Source of the DNA: an uncultured Desulfobacteraceae bacterium
GTDB taxonomy: Bacteria; Desulfobacterota; DSM-4660; Desulfatiglandales; B25-G16
Assembly (NCBI GenBank): GCA_964393665.1
Contig: CAYMVB010000067.1
Coordinates: forward strand, 1 to 34,637
Direction: 5' to 3'
DNA length: 34,637 nt
A model generated the notes under the pieces. The model was not told where the DNA came from, ran no database searches, and was given only the letters and a program-made list of their open reading frames with translations. Shown in pieces: positions 17,565 to 29,399 of the stretch. Numbering within the stretch: the stretch's first letter is position 1; each line of letters opens with the position of its first letter. A program made the translations under genes and the position numbers.

Positions 17565-18212
17565 ATGGAGAATGATTTCAGGCTTGCACGAGAAAGGATG
17601 GTAAAAAACCAGTTAATAGCCAGGGGCATAAAAGACAAGGGGGTTCTCGAGGCAATGAGTAAGGTGCCAAGGCACCTTTTTATTGAGGAGGCCTTCTCAG
17701 GAGAAGCATACAATGATCATCCGGTTCCTATAGGTGAAAAACAGACAATATCCCAGCCTTATATAGTCGCACTTATGACAGAGGCACTGGAGCTAACAGG
17801 GGTTGAAAAAACACTTGAGATAGGTACTGGCTCAGGATATCAAACCGCTATATTAGCTGAAGTATCAAGCAGGGTTTACACAATAGAGAGGATAAAATCA
17901 CTCTTGGTCAATGCAAGAAAATTATTGGAAAAAATTGGATATGATACTATTCTTTTCAAGGCCTTTGACGGAACATTAGGATGGAGCGAATATGCCCCAT
18001 TTGACGCCATAATGGTAACCGCAGGAGCGCCTAATGTCCCGAAGCCTTTAACAGATCAGTTAGCAGATAATGGAAGGATGATTATTCCCGTGGGGGATAA
18101 ATACAATCAGGAATTGATACTCATTAAGAGGCACGGTAGCTCACTGGAGCAGAAAAATTTTGGTGGATGTAGGTTTGTAAATTTAATCGGGGTATATGGC
18201 TGGCAAGATTAA
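17565..18212 (+). CDS. pcm: Protein-L-isoaspartate O-methyltransferase
   Basis: VPRHLFI, QTISQPYIVALMTEAL, and the SAM motif LEIGTGSGYQTAILAE. Length 215 aa. Confidence 0.9.
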   Translation: MENDFRLARERMVKNQLIARGIKDKGVLEAMSKVPRHLFIEEAFSGEAYNDHPVPIGEKQTISQPYIVALMTEALELTGVEKTLEIGTGSGYQTAILAEVSSRVYTIERIKSLLVNARKLLEKIGYDTILFKAFDGTLGWSEYAPFDAIMVTAGAPNVPKPLTDQLADNGRMIIPVGDKYNQELILIKRHGSSLEQKNFGGCRFVNLIGVYGWQD

Positions 18213-18429
18213 ATTATTAAAGGGAAATCAGATGGGATTCCAGGTAATTATTTTTTTCTTGAAGAAATATAACGCATCTGATAGTTTTGTAAGTAGGTTA
18301 TTTCTTAAAAACACTCGTTTTGCCAACACGGTAATGGACAGGTAAGAGGTTTTTTAAGAATATAGGTATGTAAGCCTACTATACAGAGCATAAAAAGTAA
18401 ATATAAAGAATGGGTGGATTTTAAAGATT

Positions 18430-19122
18430 ATGGCCAAACAAAAGATATCAAGAAAAGAGTTGCTACAAAAGGAAGATGAATTTATTTCATTATCTAGCAG
18501 GGTGTCAAATTACGTTACTGCACACGCAAAACAGTTTAAGTATGCCCTTATAAGTTTAGTGGCCCTTTTTGTTATTGTATTACTAGCAGGTCTTTATATA
18601 AGATATGTAAATAAAAAGGCATTAGCCGCATATAATATTGCCTACAAAAACCTTGTTTCAGACGTTTCCGACAGTAAACGGCAAGGGGCCATCAAAGAAT
18701 CCATGGAAGAAATGGATAGGCTTTTAGAGAAATATGGATGGACAAAATTTGCCACACTTTCAATACCTCAAATGGCTTATGTAAAGTTTGGCCAGGGGAA
18801 ATACGATGAGGCCATATCGCTATACAAATCATATCTTGCCAAAGATGAAACTGACTCCATATACGATTCTATGTCTTTGTTTGGCCTTGCAGCGGCTTAT
18901 GAGGCAAAAAAGGATTATCAGTCTTCAATACGTTATTTGCAAAGAATAATCAGTGGTAGGAATGATCTCCTGAAAGAAGAGGCTATGTTTTCTTTAGGTA
19001 GAATATATAGTCTAAGTGGGCAGTTTGAAAAGTCTAAAAATACTTTTCAGGATTTTGTTGATACGTTCAAGGATTCATCACTGCTTCCCTTGGCAAAGGC
19101 GGGTATTGAGAAGGGCATATAG
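18430..19122 (+). CDS. Membrane-anchored TPR-repeat protein (YfgM-like architecture)
   Basis: A single N-terminal TM helix (LISLVALFVIVLLAGLYI) followed by TPR-like repeats (GKYDEAISLYKSYL, AYEAKKDYQSSIRYLQRI). Confidence 0.65.
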   Translation: MAKQKISRKELLQKEDEFISLSSRVSNYVTAHAKQFKYALISLVALFVIVLLAGLYIRYVNKKALAAYNIAYKNLVSDVSDSKRQGAIKESMEEMDRLLEKYGWTKFATLSIPQMAYVKFGQGKYDEAISLYKSYLAKDETDSIYDSMSLFGLAAAYEAKKDYQSSIRYLQRIISGRNDLLKEEAMFSLGRIYSLSGQFEKSKNTFQDFVDTFKDSSLLPLAKAGIEKGI

Positions 19123-19273
19123 ATAAGCTTTGCCATAGGCAGTCGCATAGACACGCGATAACACATTTTCGTATATTTAATAGATGTAAATACCAGTTCT
19201 TGAAATGAAAAAACCTTAAATACTGACTACGCCCTTTAAAAAATCTCTTTTATTATTTTAGAGTCAAGCAATT

Positions 19274-20536
19274 ATGAAAAACGTTCTGACTTTTATTATG
19301 GCTGGCGGCAGGGGAGAACGATTGATGCCATTGACTCAGGATAGGGCAAAGCCGGCCGTTCCATTCGGTGGAATTTATAGAATTATTGATTTAGTGCTTA
19401 GTAATTGTATAAATTCGGAGCTCTATAAAATAATAGTCCTGCCCCAATACAAATCTCAATCACTAACAGACCATTTAGAAAATGGCTGGAATATATTTAA
19501 TCAAAAATTAGGACATTTTTTAAAGGTTGTGCCACCACAGCAAAGGATTAGCGGAGACTGGTACCAGGGAACCGCAGATTCTATTCGCCAGAATATCTAC
19601 CTTATTGAACAATCTATGGCCCAATATATCTTAATTTTATCTGGGGACCATATTTACAAAATGGATTATGACCGTTTTTTACGGTACCACATAGATAGAA
19701 ATGCAGATGTTACAGTCGGCCTGATAGAACAAGGGCGAGATATGGCGCATCATTTTGGTGTTGCCGAGGTTGATGAGGATTACCAAATCCATGGATTTCA
19801 AGAAAAACCGACTAAAAACCCTAAAACCATTCCAGGTAATCCTAACAAGGTATTGGTATCTATGGGTATATATATATTTAAAGCAGACCTGCTCCTGGAT
19901 CTCTTGCGATTAAACGACAAAAATGATTTTGGGAAAGACTTAATCCCCTATTTGATAAATAAATCTGATGTATATGCCTACCCCTTCAAGAAGGAAAATG
20001 TGATCGAAGACTATCAATACAATATTCATGGAGATAGCGAACATGAGATCGGAAATGTCAGTGACTCTTCATACTGGAGGGATATTGGCACATTAGATGC
20101 TTATTGGAATGCTAATATGGATTTAACTGGTCTTAACCCACCGTTCAATCTTTATGGTAAAATTTGGCCTATTAATACATATCAATTACCGGCTCCACCT
20201 GCAAAATTTAACTACAGTAGTGAAAGAGGCGAAGATATCAGGGTTGGTAAGGCCCTTGATTCCATAGTAGCTCCTGGGTCGGTTATTAGCGGAGTTGTAA
20301 GGAACTCAGTCATTTCTTATTATGATGTTATACGCAGCTGGGCTAAGGTTGAGGAATCAGTAATCATGGATTATGTTGTGGTAGGTCGATATTGCAAAAT
20401 AAAAAAGGCCATCATTGATAAGCATAACATTATTCCCCCCAAAACCGAGATTGGCTATAATCCCACTGAAGACAGAAAAAAATTCACAATAACGCCTCGA
20501 GGTATTGTGGTTGTGCCAAAGGGATTTTTTACATAA
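19274..20536 (+). CDS. glgC: Glucose-1-phosphate adenylyltransferase
   Basis: FIMAGGRGERLMPLTQDRAKPAVPFGG.YRIID, WYQGTADS, and a C-terminal left-handed beta-helix region. Confidence 0.9.
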   Translation: MKNVLTFIMAGGRGERLMPLTQDRAKPAVPFGGIYRIIDLVLSNCINSELYKIIVLPQYKSQSLTDHLENGWNIFNQKLGHFLKVVPPQQRISGDWYQGTADSIRQNIYLIEQSMAQYILILSGDHIYKMDYDRFLRYHIDRNADVTVGLIEQGRDMAHHFGVAEVDEDYQIHGFQEKPTKNPKTIPGNPNKVLVSMGIYIFKADLLLDLLRLNDKNDFGKDLIPYLINKSDVYAYPFKKENVIEDYQYNIHGDSEHEIGNVSDSSYWRDIGTLDAYWNANMDLTGLNPPFNLYGKIWPINTYQLPAPPAKFNYSSERGEDIRVGKALDSIVAPGSVISGVVRNSVISYYDVIRSWAKVEESVIMDYVVVGRYCKIKKAIIDKHNIIPPKTEIGYNPTEDRKKFTITPRGIVVVPKGFFT

Positions 20537-20658
20537 AACAAAGGAGTTCGTTTAGCATGCCTTTTTACGTCGAGCGCTTACATGAAGGCACTTTCCAAAA
20601 CTCTCAATGAAGCCAGGCCCCACAAAGCAGCTCTTTTAGTGCTTGGACGCGAATAAAC

Positions 20659-21840
20659 TCAATCTTCAGGCCTTTCTTTATATGGAAGGCTTGAAACCCA
20701 TGCATAAACTTCTTTTAAAGCAAGCCCGTTTTCCCTTGCAATTTTTCTGCATTCTTCATATTCCGGTACAAATTCCGGCTTTTTATCCTCACCGATAATT
20801 TTTTTAACCTTTATATCTCCCCAGGGTGATGTAACAACAATGGTTTGCCTCTTTAATATCTTCCTTTCTATGTAATTAAAACGAATGCCTAAAGCAGTTG
20901 ACTCTTTAAAAATAATTGTTGTAAGCAAATCCTTGTCCTCAGGTCTTGCAATAACCTCGATTTTTATGCCAGGCCTGTTTTTTTTCATCTGTATGTGTGT
21001 ATAATTCACGTCTATGGCGCCTGCATTGAATAATTTCTCCATCAAATAGCCCAATAATTCCGGGCTGATGTCATCAAGGTTTGACTCAAGCACTAACACA
21101 ATCTCAAGGCCTTCATTACCCTTATCATTCCCGATAAGGATTCTCAAAAGGTTGGGTCTGCTATCAAGGATTCTGTCGCCAACACCATAACCTATGCTAT
21201 GTATCAACATCGGAGGAATGGGTCCAAAAGAGGAACACAAAGATGTTATTAATGCCGCACCTGTTGGTGTTACAAGCTCAGCATTTTGGTTCGTTTGATA
21301 GATGGGAATTTCCTTCAAGAATTCCATTGTTGCAGGTGAGGGTACGGGAATTTTACCATGAGCGCTGTCTATGATGCCGCTGCCTAATGCGATTTTAGAT
21401 GCCAGCATCTTCTCGATATTGAGAAGATAAACACCGGCAACTGATGCCACAATGTCTATAATAGAATCAAGTGCGCCGACCTCATGGAAATGTATATCAT
21501 GTGGCGAAACATTATGAATTTTACCTTCAACTACCGCCAGTCTTTTAAAGATATGAATAGATTTTTCAATGATAGGAGAGGGAAGGTTGCTTTTATAGAG
21601 GAGGGTTGTTATATCTTCTAAGTGCCTTGATTTATTATCATTCTTTTGAATGGAAACATTAAATTTGGTTCCGTGTATGCTGTTTCTCTCCTCTTTCGTT
21701 GCCCATATTTTATATCCATCTAGACTAAGTCCAGAAAGAATTTTTTGCAGTTTTTCAATATGAAGCCCAGCGTCAATCAGGGAGCCTACAAACATGTCAC
21801 CGCTTATCCCAGAAAAGCAATCAAGATATGCTATTTTCAT
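20659..21840 (-). CDS. larC: LarC-family nickel insertion protein (nickel-pincer cofactor biosynthesis, DUF111)
   Basis: N-terminus MKIAYLDCFSGISGDMFVGSLIDAG and HFHEVGALDSIIDI are typical of LarC/DUF111. Confidence 0.85.
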   Translation of the reverse strand: MKIAYLDCFSGISGDMFVGSLIDAGLHIEKLQKILSGLSLDGYKIWATKEERNSIHGTKFNVSIQKNDNKSRHLEDITTLLYKSNLPSPIIEKSIHIFKRLAVVEGKIHNVSPHDIHFHEVGALDSIIDIVASVAGVYLLNIEKMLASKIALGSGIIDSAHGKIPVPSPATMEFLKEIPIYQTNQNAELVTPTGAALITSLCSSFGPIPPMLIHSIGYGVGDRILDSRPNLLRILIGNDKGNEGLEIVLVLESNLDDISPELLGYLMEKLFNAGAIDVNYTHIQMKKNRPGIKIEVIARPEDKDLLTTIIFKESTALGIRFNYIERKILKRQTIVVTSPWGDIKVKKIIGEDKKPEFVPEYEECRKIARENGLALKEVYAWVSSLPYKERPED

Positions 21841-21855
21841 GCCTTCACTAAATCA

Positions 21856-22218
21856 TTAAGACCCGGTTGCCCTTTCCCTGGCTTCTTGTTTCTTTTTACA
21901 TTCAATGCATAAAGTAGTAACAGGCCTTGCTTTCAGCCTTTCTTTAGAGATATTTTTTCCACAGACCTCACATATCCCGAAGGTATCATTATCGATTCTC
22001 TCAATGGCCTCCTTGATTTTTTCAATCAATTTTCTTTCCCTGTCCCTGAGCCTTAAAAGAAAATTCCTGTCTGTCTCTAAAGAAGCCCTGTCTGTAGGAT
22101 CGGGAAAGTTATCTTTTGTATTAGTCATTCCACTTACAGTTTTTAGAGCCTCATCTATCAGTTCATCAAGCTGTTTTTGCAGTAAATTTTTAAAGTATTT
22201 TTTATCTTCATTGTTCAT
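21856..22218 (-). CDS. dksA: DksA/TraR-family C4 zinc-finger transcription factor
   Basis: 120 aa with a coiled-coil N-terminal half and CEVCGKNI...CIECKK, a 4-Cys zinc finger. Confidence 0.85.
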   Translation of the reverse strand: MNNEDKKYFKNLLQKQLDELIDEALKTVSGMTNTKDNFPDPTDRASLETDRNFLLRLRDRERKLIEKIKEAIERIDNDTFGICEVCGKNISKERLKARPVTTLCIECKKKQEARERATGS

Positions 22219-22249
22219 TTTTTATCCCTAAAACTAGGTTATGCAATCA

Positions 22250-23661
<1,412 letters not shown>

Positions 23662-24349
23662 AAATAACTCCATATCAAAAGTTTAATACATGAACCATTT
23701 AGGTTCTTAAAAGAACATCGTTATAGTAGGGCTTTTTTACTATAATTTTTAGCTTACATATGATGTCTCTTTTTATGCTGGATTATAAAATTTATTAGTA
23801 TAGTATTTAAAATCATAAAGGTAAAGATTTTTTTCGTATTATTTTATAAATATCTAGCTATTACTATCTGAAAGCTTTGAAACATGCCTTTATTCGAGCT
23901 CATAAATTTTTTTCGTAAAACTATATACGTAAGAAATAATGCACATTCAAGTAATATGTTCATGTATAGTTATCTACAAGAATCCTTGCAACAAATCAAT
24001 AGCGTAAATAAACTATTTTAGATTACTCACCTAAAAAATCTCCTAAACAATAAGATAATTTAAAAAATACTTTTTTCAATACCTAATCCATTAACCAACC
24101 GTAAACCTCATAATCCTTTAAAGGTGAAATAGCTAGGTGACCAAAATAGGGAATATTTTATGTTGTCACTATTTTGACTTATAGCGAGAATTTCTTTACA
24201 CTAGCAAATAAAGACATTCCTTATTTACGAAAAATAGTCTATATAGTTATAAACTGTTCTTTACACCGTAAATGATTCAAATGTGGTTATATGTAGTATT
24301 ATTTTCTAACTAACCATTTTTCATTAAATTTTTTAAAATCACATTAAAT

Positions 24350-25876
24350 ATGCTTGCTAATATCTTTAGTTGTGCCTTAGTCGGGATAGACGCATATGTT
24401 GTTGATGTTGAGGTGGATATATCCAGAGGGCTTCCTGCTTTTTCTACTGTAGGCCTGGCGGAAGGGGCCGTGAAGGAAAGCAAGGAAAGGGTTAAGGCTG
24501 CTTTAAAAAATTCCGGGTATCATTTCCCGGCAGAAAAAATTACCGTTAATCTTGCGCCTGCAGATATAAAAAAAGAAGGTAGCGGTTATGATTTACCTAT
24601 AGCCATCGGTATACTCACCGCGACTAAGTTAATAAATAATCCAAAATTACTAGACCACATTATCATTGGAGAGCTGTCCCTTGATGGAAGTATACGGCCG
24701 ATAAAGGGTGCCCTTTCTATGGCAATAACGGCAAAAGCTATCGGCTTAAAAGGCATGTACCTTCCATCTGTTAATGCTAGCGAAGCAGGTGTAGTGGATG
24801 GTATAAATATCTATCCTGTAGATACTCTACCTCAATTAGTTCAGATCCTCAATGGATTTGAAGAGGTGATGCCTGTTAGAGTAGAAACCGGCATAGAGCA
24901 TACAAGGCCAGAATATGATACTGATTTTAATGATGTATGCGGGCAGGAAAATGTAAAAAGGGCATTAGAGATAGCTGCGGCAGGGGGGCATAATATTTTG
25001 ATGATAGGACCGCCGGGTGCCGGAAAAACTATGCTTGCCCAAAGACTTTCTACTATATTGCCAGAACTGACCTTTTATGAGTCATTGGAAACCTCACAAA
25101 TTTACTCTGCAATGGGGCTTATGCCAAAAAATCAAGGTATTATAACGGCCAGGCCTTTTAGGGCACCTCACCATACAATATCTGATGCCGGTTTGATAGG
25201 TGGTGGTAAAACGCCAAAACCAGGAGAGGTTAGCCTTGCCCACAACGGAATACTTTTTTTGGATGAAATGCCGGAGTTTAAAAAGAATGTGCTCGAGGTT
25301 CTCAGACAGCCACTTGAAAATGGCTATGTTACGATTTCAAGGGCGAGTTCCACAGTGACATATCCTGCCAGGTTCATTTTAGTTGGCGCTATGAATCCAT
25401 GTCCATGTGGATTTTTTGGAGATCCGAGGCATGAATGTACTTGTTCCTATAGGGAGATTATACATTATAGGTCAAGGATTTCAGGTCCGCTCTTGGATAG
25501 AATCGACATACACATAGATGTTCCTTCTGTACCCTTTAAGGATTTAACAGGTGTTGGAGAGGGAAGGTCTTCTGCTGAGATACGTGATAATATTATAGCT
25601 GCACGGAATATCCAGGAGGAAAGATTTCACAGAACAAAAATACATACAAACTCGATGATGAATACCAGGCAGATAAACAAATTTTGCAAGACAGACGATA
25701 AGTCAAAATCTTTACTTGAAATGGCCATGGAAAAATTCGGCTTTAGCGCAAGGGCTCTATCGCGCATTCTAAAGGTATCGAGAACTATAGCGGATATTGA
25801 AGGAAGCACAAATATTGAATCCACCCATGTGGCAGAGGCGATACAGTATAGGTCCTTTGATAGAAAATTAGTTTGA
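24350..25876 (+). CDS. comM: YifB/ComM-family Mg-chelatase-like AAA+ ATPase
   Basis: Lon-protease-like N-terminal domain, Walker A GPPGAGKTM, Walker B ILFLDEMPEF, and a C-terminal ChlI-like region. Length 508 aa. Confidence 0.9.
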   Translation: MLANIFSCALVGIDAYVVDVEVDISRGLPAFSTVGLAEGAVKESKERVKAALKNSGYHFPAEKITVNLAPADIKKEGSGYDLPIAIGILTATKLINNPKLLDHIIIGELSLDGSIRPIKGALSMAITAKAIGLKGMYLPSVNASEAGVVDGINIYPVDTLPQLVQILNGFEEVMPVRVETGIEHTRPEYDTDFNDVCGQENVKRALEIAAAGGHNILMIGPPGAGKTMLAQRLSTILPELTFYESLETSQIYSAMGLMPKNQGIITARPFRAPHHTISDAGLIGGGKTPKPGEVSLAHNGILFLDEMPEFKKNVLEVLRQPLENGYVTISRASSTVTYPARFILVGAMNPCPCGFFGDPRHECTCSYREIIHYRSRISGPLLDRIDIHIDVPSVPFKDLTGVGEGRSSAEIRDNIIAARNIQEERFHRTKIHTNSMMNTRQINKFCKTDDKSKSLLEMAMEKFGFSARALSRILKVSRTIADIEGSTNIESTHVAEAIQYRSFDRKLV

Positions 25877-28230
25877 TGAAAAAATTTTTTATAATAGTTT
25901 TAATCCTCTTTATAGCCGCATTTTTTTTTGTTATATCCGCCGGCATGGCCTTATGGTATCTTTGGTCCAGCAACCTTCCATATATAGGCTCTCTTAAAGA
26001 TTACAATCCACCAATCATAACAGAGGTATTTTCCGAAGACGGAATAGTAATTTCCAGCTTTTTCGATGAAAAAAGAATTTTAGTATCATTAGATGATATT
26101 TCAGAGAATCTTATCCATGCATTTATAGCTGCGGAAGATGCAAGATTTTTTCAGCATGTCGGTATCGATTTTTCGGGTATATTGAGGGCATTAATAAAAA
26201 ATATTATGGCTGGAAAGATCGAACAAGGTGGAAGTACAATTACACAGCAGGTTACGAAATCTTTGCTTCTAAAAAATCCGGAACGTACCTATAAGAGAAA
26301 GGCGAGGGAAGCCCTTCTATCCCTTCAAATCGAAAGGGCTTTCTCTAAAGAAAAGATTCTCTATCTTTACCTTAATCAGATATACCTTGGACACGGGCTT
26401 TATGGTGTGGAGGCTGCCAGTCAAGTGTATTTTGGTAAAGAGGTGAAAGATTTGAGCATAGCTGAGTCAGCCCTCCTTGCCGGTCTTGCTAAGGCACCAA
26501 GTAGAGATGATCCTGTGAACCACCTTGATCGAGCAAAGAAAAGGCAACGATATGTCCTGGAAAGGATGAGACAGGAAAGATTTATTACTGATGAAGAGTT
26601 TGAAGCAGCCCTAAACGGGGAATTGGACCTGGAGCCTTATAAGAAAGAGGATCCACTAAAGGATGTGCCTTACTTTACGGAGTATATCAGGCAAAACGTA
26701 GTGAAACAATACGGACGTAACCTTGTTTATCGAGGCGGGTTAAAAATTTATACAACCATAGACTTGGGGATGCAGTCTACAGCAAAAGCTGCAATTAAAG
26801 AGGGAATTGAGCAACTTGACAAAAGGGAGGGTTATAGGGGGCCATTAAGAAGGGTTTTACCCCCCAATGAACAGGATTACTATGAACAGGCCATAAAAGG
26901 AGTAGAGAAAAATCCATTGAAGATAGGGGTAATAACCGAGGCTATTGTAAATAAGATCGATACTGCTACGAAGGAAACCTTTGTTAGTATTGGCGGCCAG
27001 CAGGGAGTTATGCCCTTCTCAGAGATGAAATGGGCCAGGAAAGTTGACCCTGAAAAGGCATATTATGAGGATAAACTGAAAAATCCTGCTGATGTCTTGG
27101 CGCCTGGGGATGTTATACATGTAAAGGTTATTGGTTTACATGATGATTTACCTGGATGGACTGTATCATTATATCAAGAACCTGAGGTTCAGGCAGCACT
27201 GGTTTGTCTTGATGGAAAAACGGGGTATGTGAAGGCAATGGTTGGTGGCTCAGATTTTTATAAAAGTCAGTTCAACCGGGCAATCCAAGCGAGAAGACAG
27301 CCGGGTTCAGCATTTAAGCCAATAATTTACTCAGCCGCGCTGGACAAGGGGATGACACCATCTTCTATAGTATTTGACTCAGCCTTTATTTCATCTACGG
27401 ATAGTGAAGAGGAGGCATGGAAGCCGAGAAATTATGAGGAAACATTTTATGGGCCTACACTCTTTAGGACTGGCTTAATAAAATCAAGAAATATAGTTAC
27501 CATAAAGATTTTGAAAAAAATTGGTACAAGGTATGCGATTGATTACGCTCGTCGTTTTGGAATAGAATCTGCCTTAAGCCCGGATTTATCTTTAGCCCTC
27601 GGTTCTTCCGGGATGTCGCTGCTTGAAATAACGAGAGCCTACTCTGTCTTTCCCAATGGTGGGATGTTAGCAAAGCCGATATTTATAAAAAAAATAATTG
27701 ACAGAAATGGAGAGATTATTGAAGAAAATATCCCCGTGCATTCTGAATCAATTTCCGAGGATACAGCCTATATAATGGTTGATCTCTTAAGTGCGGTTGT
27801 AAACGAAGGAACAGGCTGGAGGGCGAAGGAGCTTGGGAGGCCGGCTGCAGGGAAGACAGGGACGACTAATGATCTCAAAGATGCATGGTTTTTAGGTTTT
27901 ACACCAGGCTTGGTTACTGGTGTTTGGGTAGGGTATGATGATAGAAGGCCGATGGGTAAGGGTGAAACCGGGTCAAGGGCGGCAAGCCCCATTTGGTTAT
28001 CCTTTATGAAAGAGACTTTAAAAGGAAGCCCCTCAACCCCTTTTAACCAGCCAGATGGGGTAGTGGTTGCAAAGATAGATAGAGGGACTGGCTTACTTGC
28101 AAGCCCGTATTCAGAAAAAACATGTTTCCAGGCATTCAAAAAGGGTACAGAGCCTGTTTCTTACTCTCCTAAGCCGAATTATGGGAAACCTGGGCAATTT
28201 TTTGAAATGGATATGGAATACTCGAAGTGA
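25876..28230 (+). CDS. mrcA: Class A penicillin-binding protein (PBP1A: glycosyltransferase plus transpeptidase)
   Basis: N-terminal TM anchor. GT51 motifs EDARFFQHVGID and GGSTITQQ. Transpeptidase motifs SAFKP, SRN and KTGTT. The ORF track opens at TTG 25873. The ATG at 25876 overlaps the comM stop as TGATG. Confidence 0.9.
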   Translation: MKKFFIIVLILFIAAFFFVISAGMALWYLWSSNLPYIGSLKDYNPPIITEVFSEDGIVISSFFDEKRILVSLDDISENLIHAFIAAEDARFFQHVGIDFSGILRALIKNIMAGKIEQGGSTITQQVTKSLLLKNPERTYKRKAREALLSLQIERAFSKEKILYLYLNQIYLGHGLYGVEAASQVYFGKEVKDLSIAESALLAGLAKAPSRDDPVNHLDRAKKRQRYVLERMRQERFITDEEFEAALNGELDLEPYKKEDPLKDVPYFTEYIRQNVVKQYGRNLVYRGGLKIYTTIDLGMQSTAKAAIKEGIEQLDKREGYRGPLRRVLPPNEQDYYEQAIKGVEKNPLKIGVITEAIVNKIDTATKETFVSIGGQQGVMPFSEMKWARKVDPEKAYYEDKLKNPADVLAPGDVIHVKVIGLHDDLPGWTVSLYQEPEVQAALVCLDGKTGYVKAMVGGSDFYKSQFNRAIQARRQPGSAFKPIIYSAALDKGMTPSSIVFDSAFISSTDSEEEAWKPRNYEETFYGPTLFRTGLIKSRNIVTIKILKKIGTRYAIDYARRFGIESALSPDLSLALGSSGMSLLEITRAYSVFPNGGMLAKPIFIKKIIDRNGEIIEENIPVHSESISEDTAYIMVDLLSAVVNEGTGWRAKELGRPAAGKTGTTNDLKDAWFLGFTPGLVTGVWVGYDDRRPMGKGETGSRAASPIWLSFMKETLKGSPSTPFNQPDGVVVAKIDRGTGLLASPYSEKTCFQAFKKGTEPVSYSPKPNYGKPGQFFEMDMEYSK

Positions 28231-28338
28231 AAAACCGAGAGTTATTGTGTAATCCAATGTTGAAATCATGTGTTTAACTTTTTAATAATATGCTTGAAAA
28301 GATAGATCTAATAATTTGAAATCATTATAAAATTTTTA

Positions 28339-29358
28339 TTATAAAGATACATAACTCTGCCTGAACTGAATATAGTCTTTTTCAAGGGAGCTATTTGATT
28401 GAGAGTAAATATTTGATTTATGAATTATGGCTGCAACCTCGTCTCTTGATATCTTATTTCCTTTTAAGGCAGCGATCTTATGTAATGTATTGTATCCCAA
28501 GACAAAGGGTATGATACAAAACATCCTGACAGATTTTTCCTTCAATGGAAGTAATTTTATATAACTCAAGGAGGAATCGAGATATGTAATTATTACGGGA
28601 AGCATATTTTTTGTTATGCCCTGCCTTTGTTCGACAGATAGGGAATGTATCATTTCAAGTCTTACATTGTGTTTTCCCGTTATGCTAAGGGGAATATAAC
28701 ACCAACCTCTTGCTACATCTTTTTGGTAATCTTTGATTATGTTTATTAGTTGTAATGCGATTCCAAAGCGAACCTGAAATTTCTCAAGCTCACGTCTCTT
28801 TTCCTTGATACTTCCAATCTGGCTGAATATTTTTGTAAGCATTATTCCCACTACACCAGCTACATAATAACAATAAAGCTCTAGTTCTTTCATGTCATTG
28901 AGTTGAAATATTTGATTATTACTTTCTAATTTGAGTCTTTGGAATTTTGCCATACCATTTGATGTCTCCACGATTAACGGGTCAACAATTTCTCGATAGA
29001 TTTCAGGTAGCTCAAAATAAGATTGTAATACTATATGCCCGTTTTCTATAAGGTTTTTTGCATCGGAGTCTTCTTTCCAGCGAAACTTCAGTGATTCGTA
29101 AAGCTCTAACCTCTCTGTTAGTCCTTTGCCCCCCTTAAAAATTTCAGAGAAATCTTTAAGATCTTTTATCTTTTTGATTTCACTTTGATATACCGTATCC
29201 TCAAAGGTATCCGCTATGCGAAAAAGTAAATATCCAACGAGAACAACCTTGAAGACATCGCCCTCAAGCTGCGTTATATTAAGGGCGAATGTCCGCGACA
29301 CTTTTTGCAGTATATTACAGCAATAGTCCCAATTACTGGACGTAAGTTTTTTATTCAT
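28339..29358 (-). CDS. Squalene synthase (eukaryote-type farnesyl-diphosphate farnesyltransferase family)
   Basis: YLLFRIADTFEDT (compare YLVLRALDTLEDD), YCYYVAGVVGIMLT, and LQLINIIKDYQKD (compare NIIRDYLED). Confidence 0.75.
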   Translation of the reverse strand: MNKKLTSSNWDYCCNILQKVSRTFALNITQLEGDVFKVVLVGYLLFRIADTFEDTVYQSEIKKIKDLKDFSEIFKGGKGLTERLELYESLKFRWKEDSDAKNLIENGHIVLQSYFELPEIYREIVDPLIVETSNGMAKFQRLKLESNNQIFQLNDMKELELYCYYVAGVVGIMLTKIFSQIGSIKEKRRELEKFQVRFGIALQLINIIKDYQKDVARGWCYIPLSITGKHNVRLEMIHSLSVEQRQGITKNMLPVIITYLDSSLSYIKLLPLKEKSVRMFCIIPFVLGYNTLHKIAALKGNKISRDEVAAIIHKSNIYSQSNSSLEKDYIQFRQSYVSL

Positions 29359-29399
29359 TTTGCTATAAGATCAAAATAAGATTTATCAGATACTGTATG

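Noticed and set aside
18232-18345. 37-codon ORF (MGFQVIIFFLKKYNAS...) with AAAGGGA 6 nt upstream, between pcm and the TPR gene
   Set aside because: The spacing is plausible, but the ORF is short and AT-driven, with no recognisable family or clear hydrophobic helix. It cannot be supported without conservation or ribosome-profiling data.
20558-20611. 17-codon ORF (MPFYVERLHEGTFQNSQ) after glgC with AAAGGAG upstream
   Set aside because: The spacer is 10 nt and the peptide is tiny. It lies in a convergent terminator-less gap and is probably chance.
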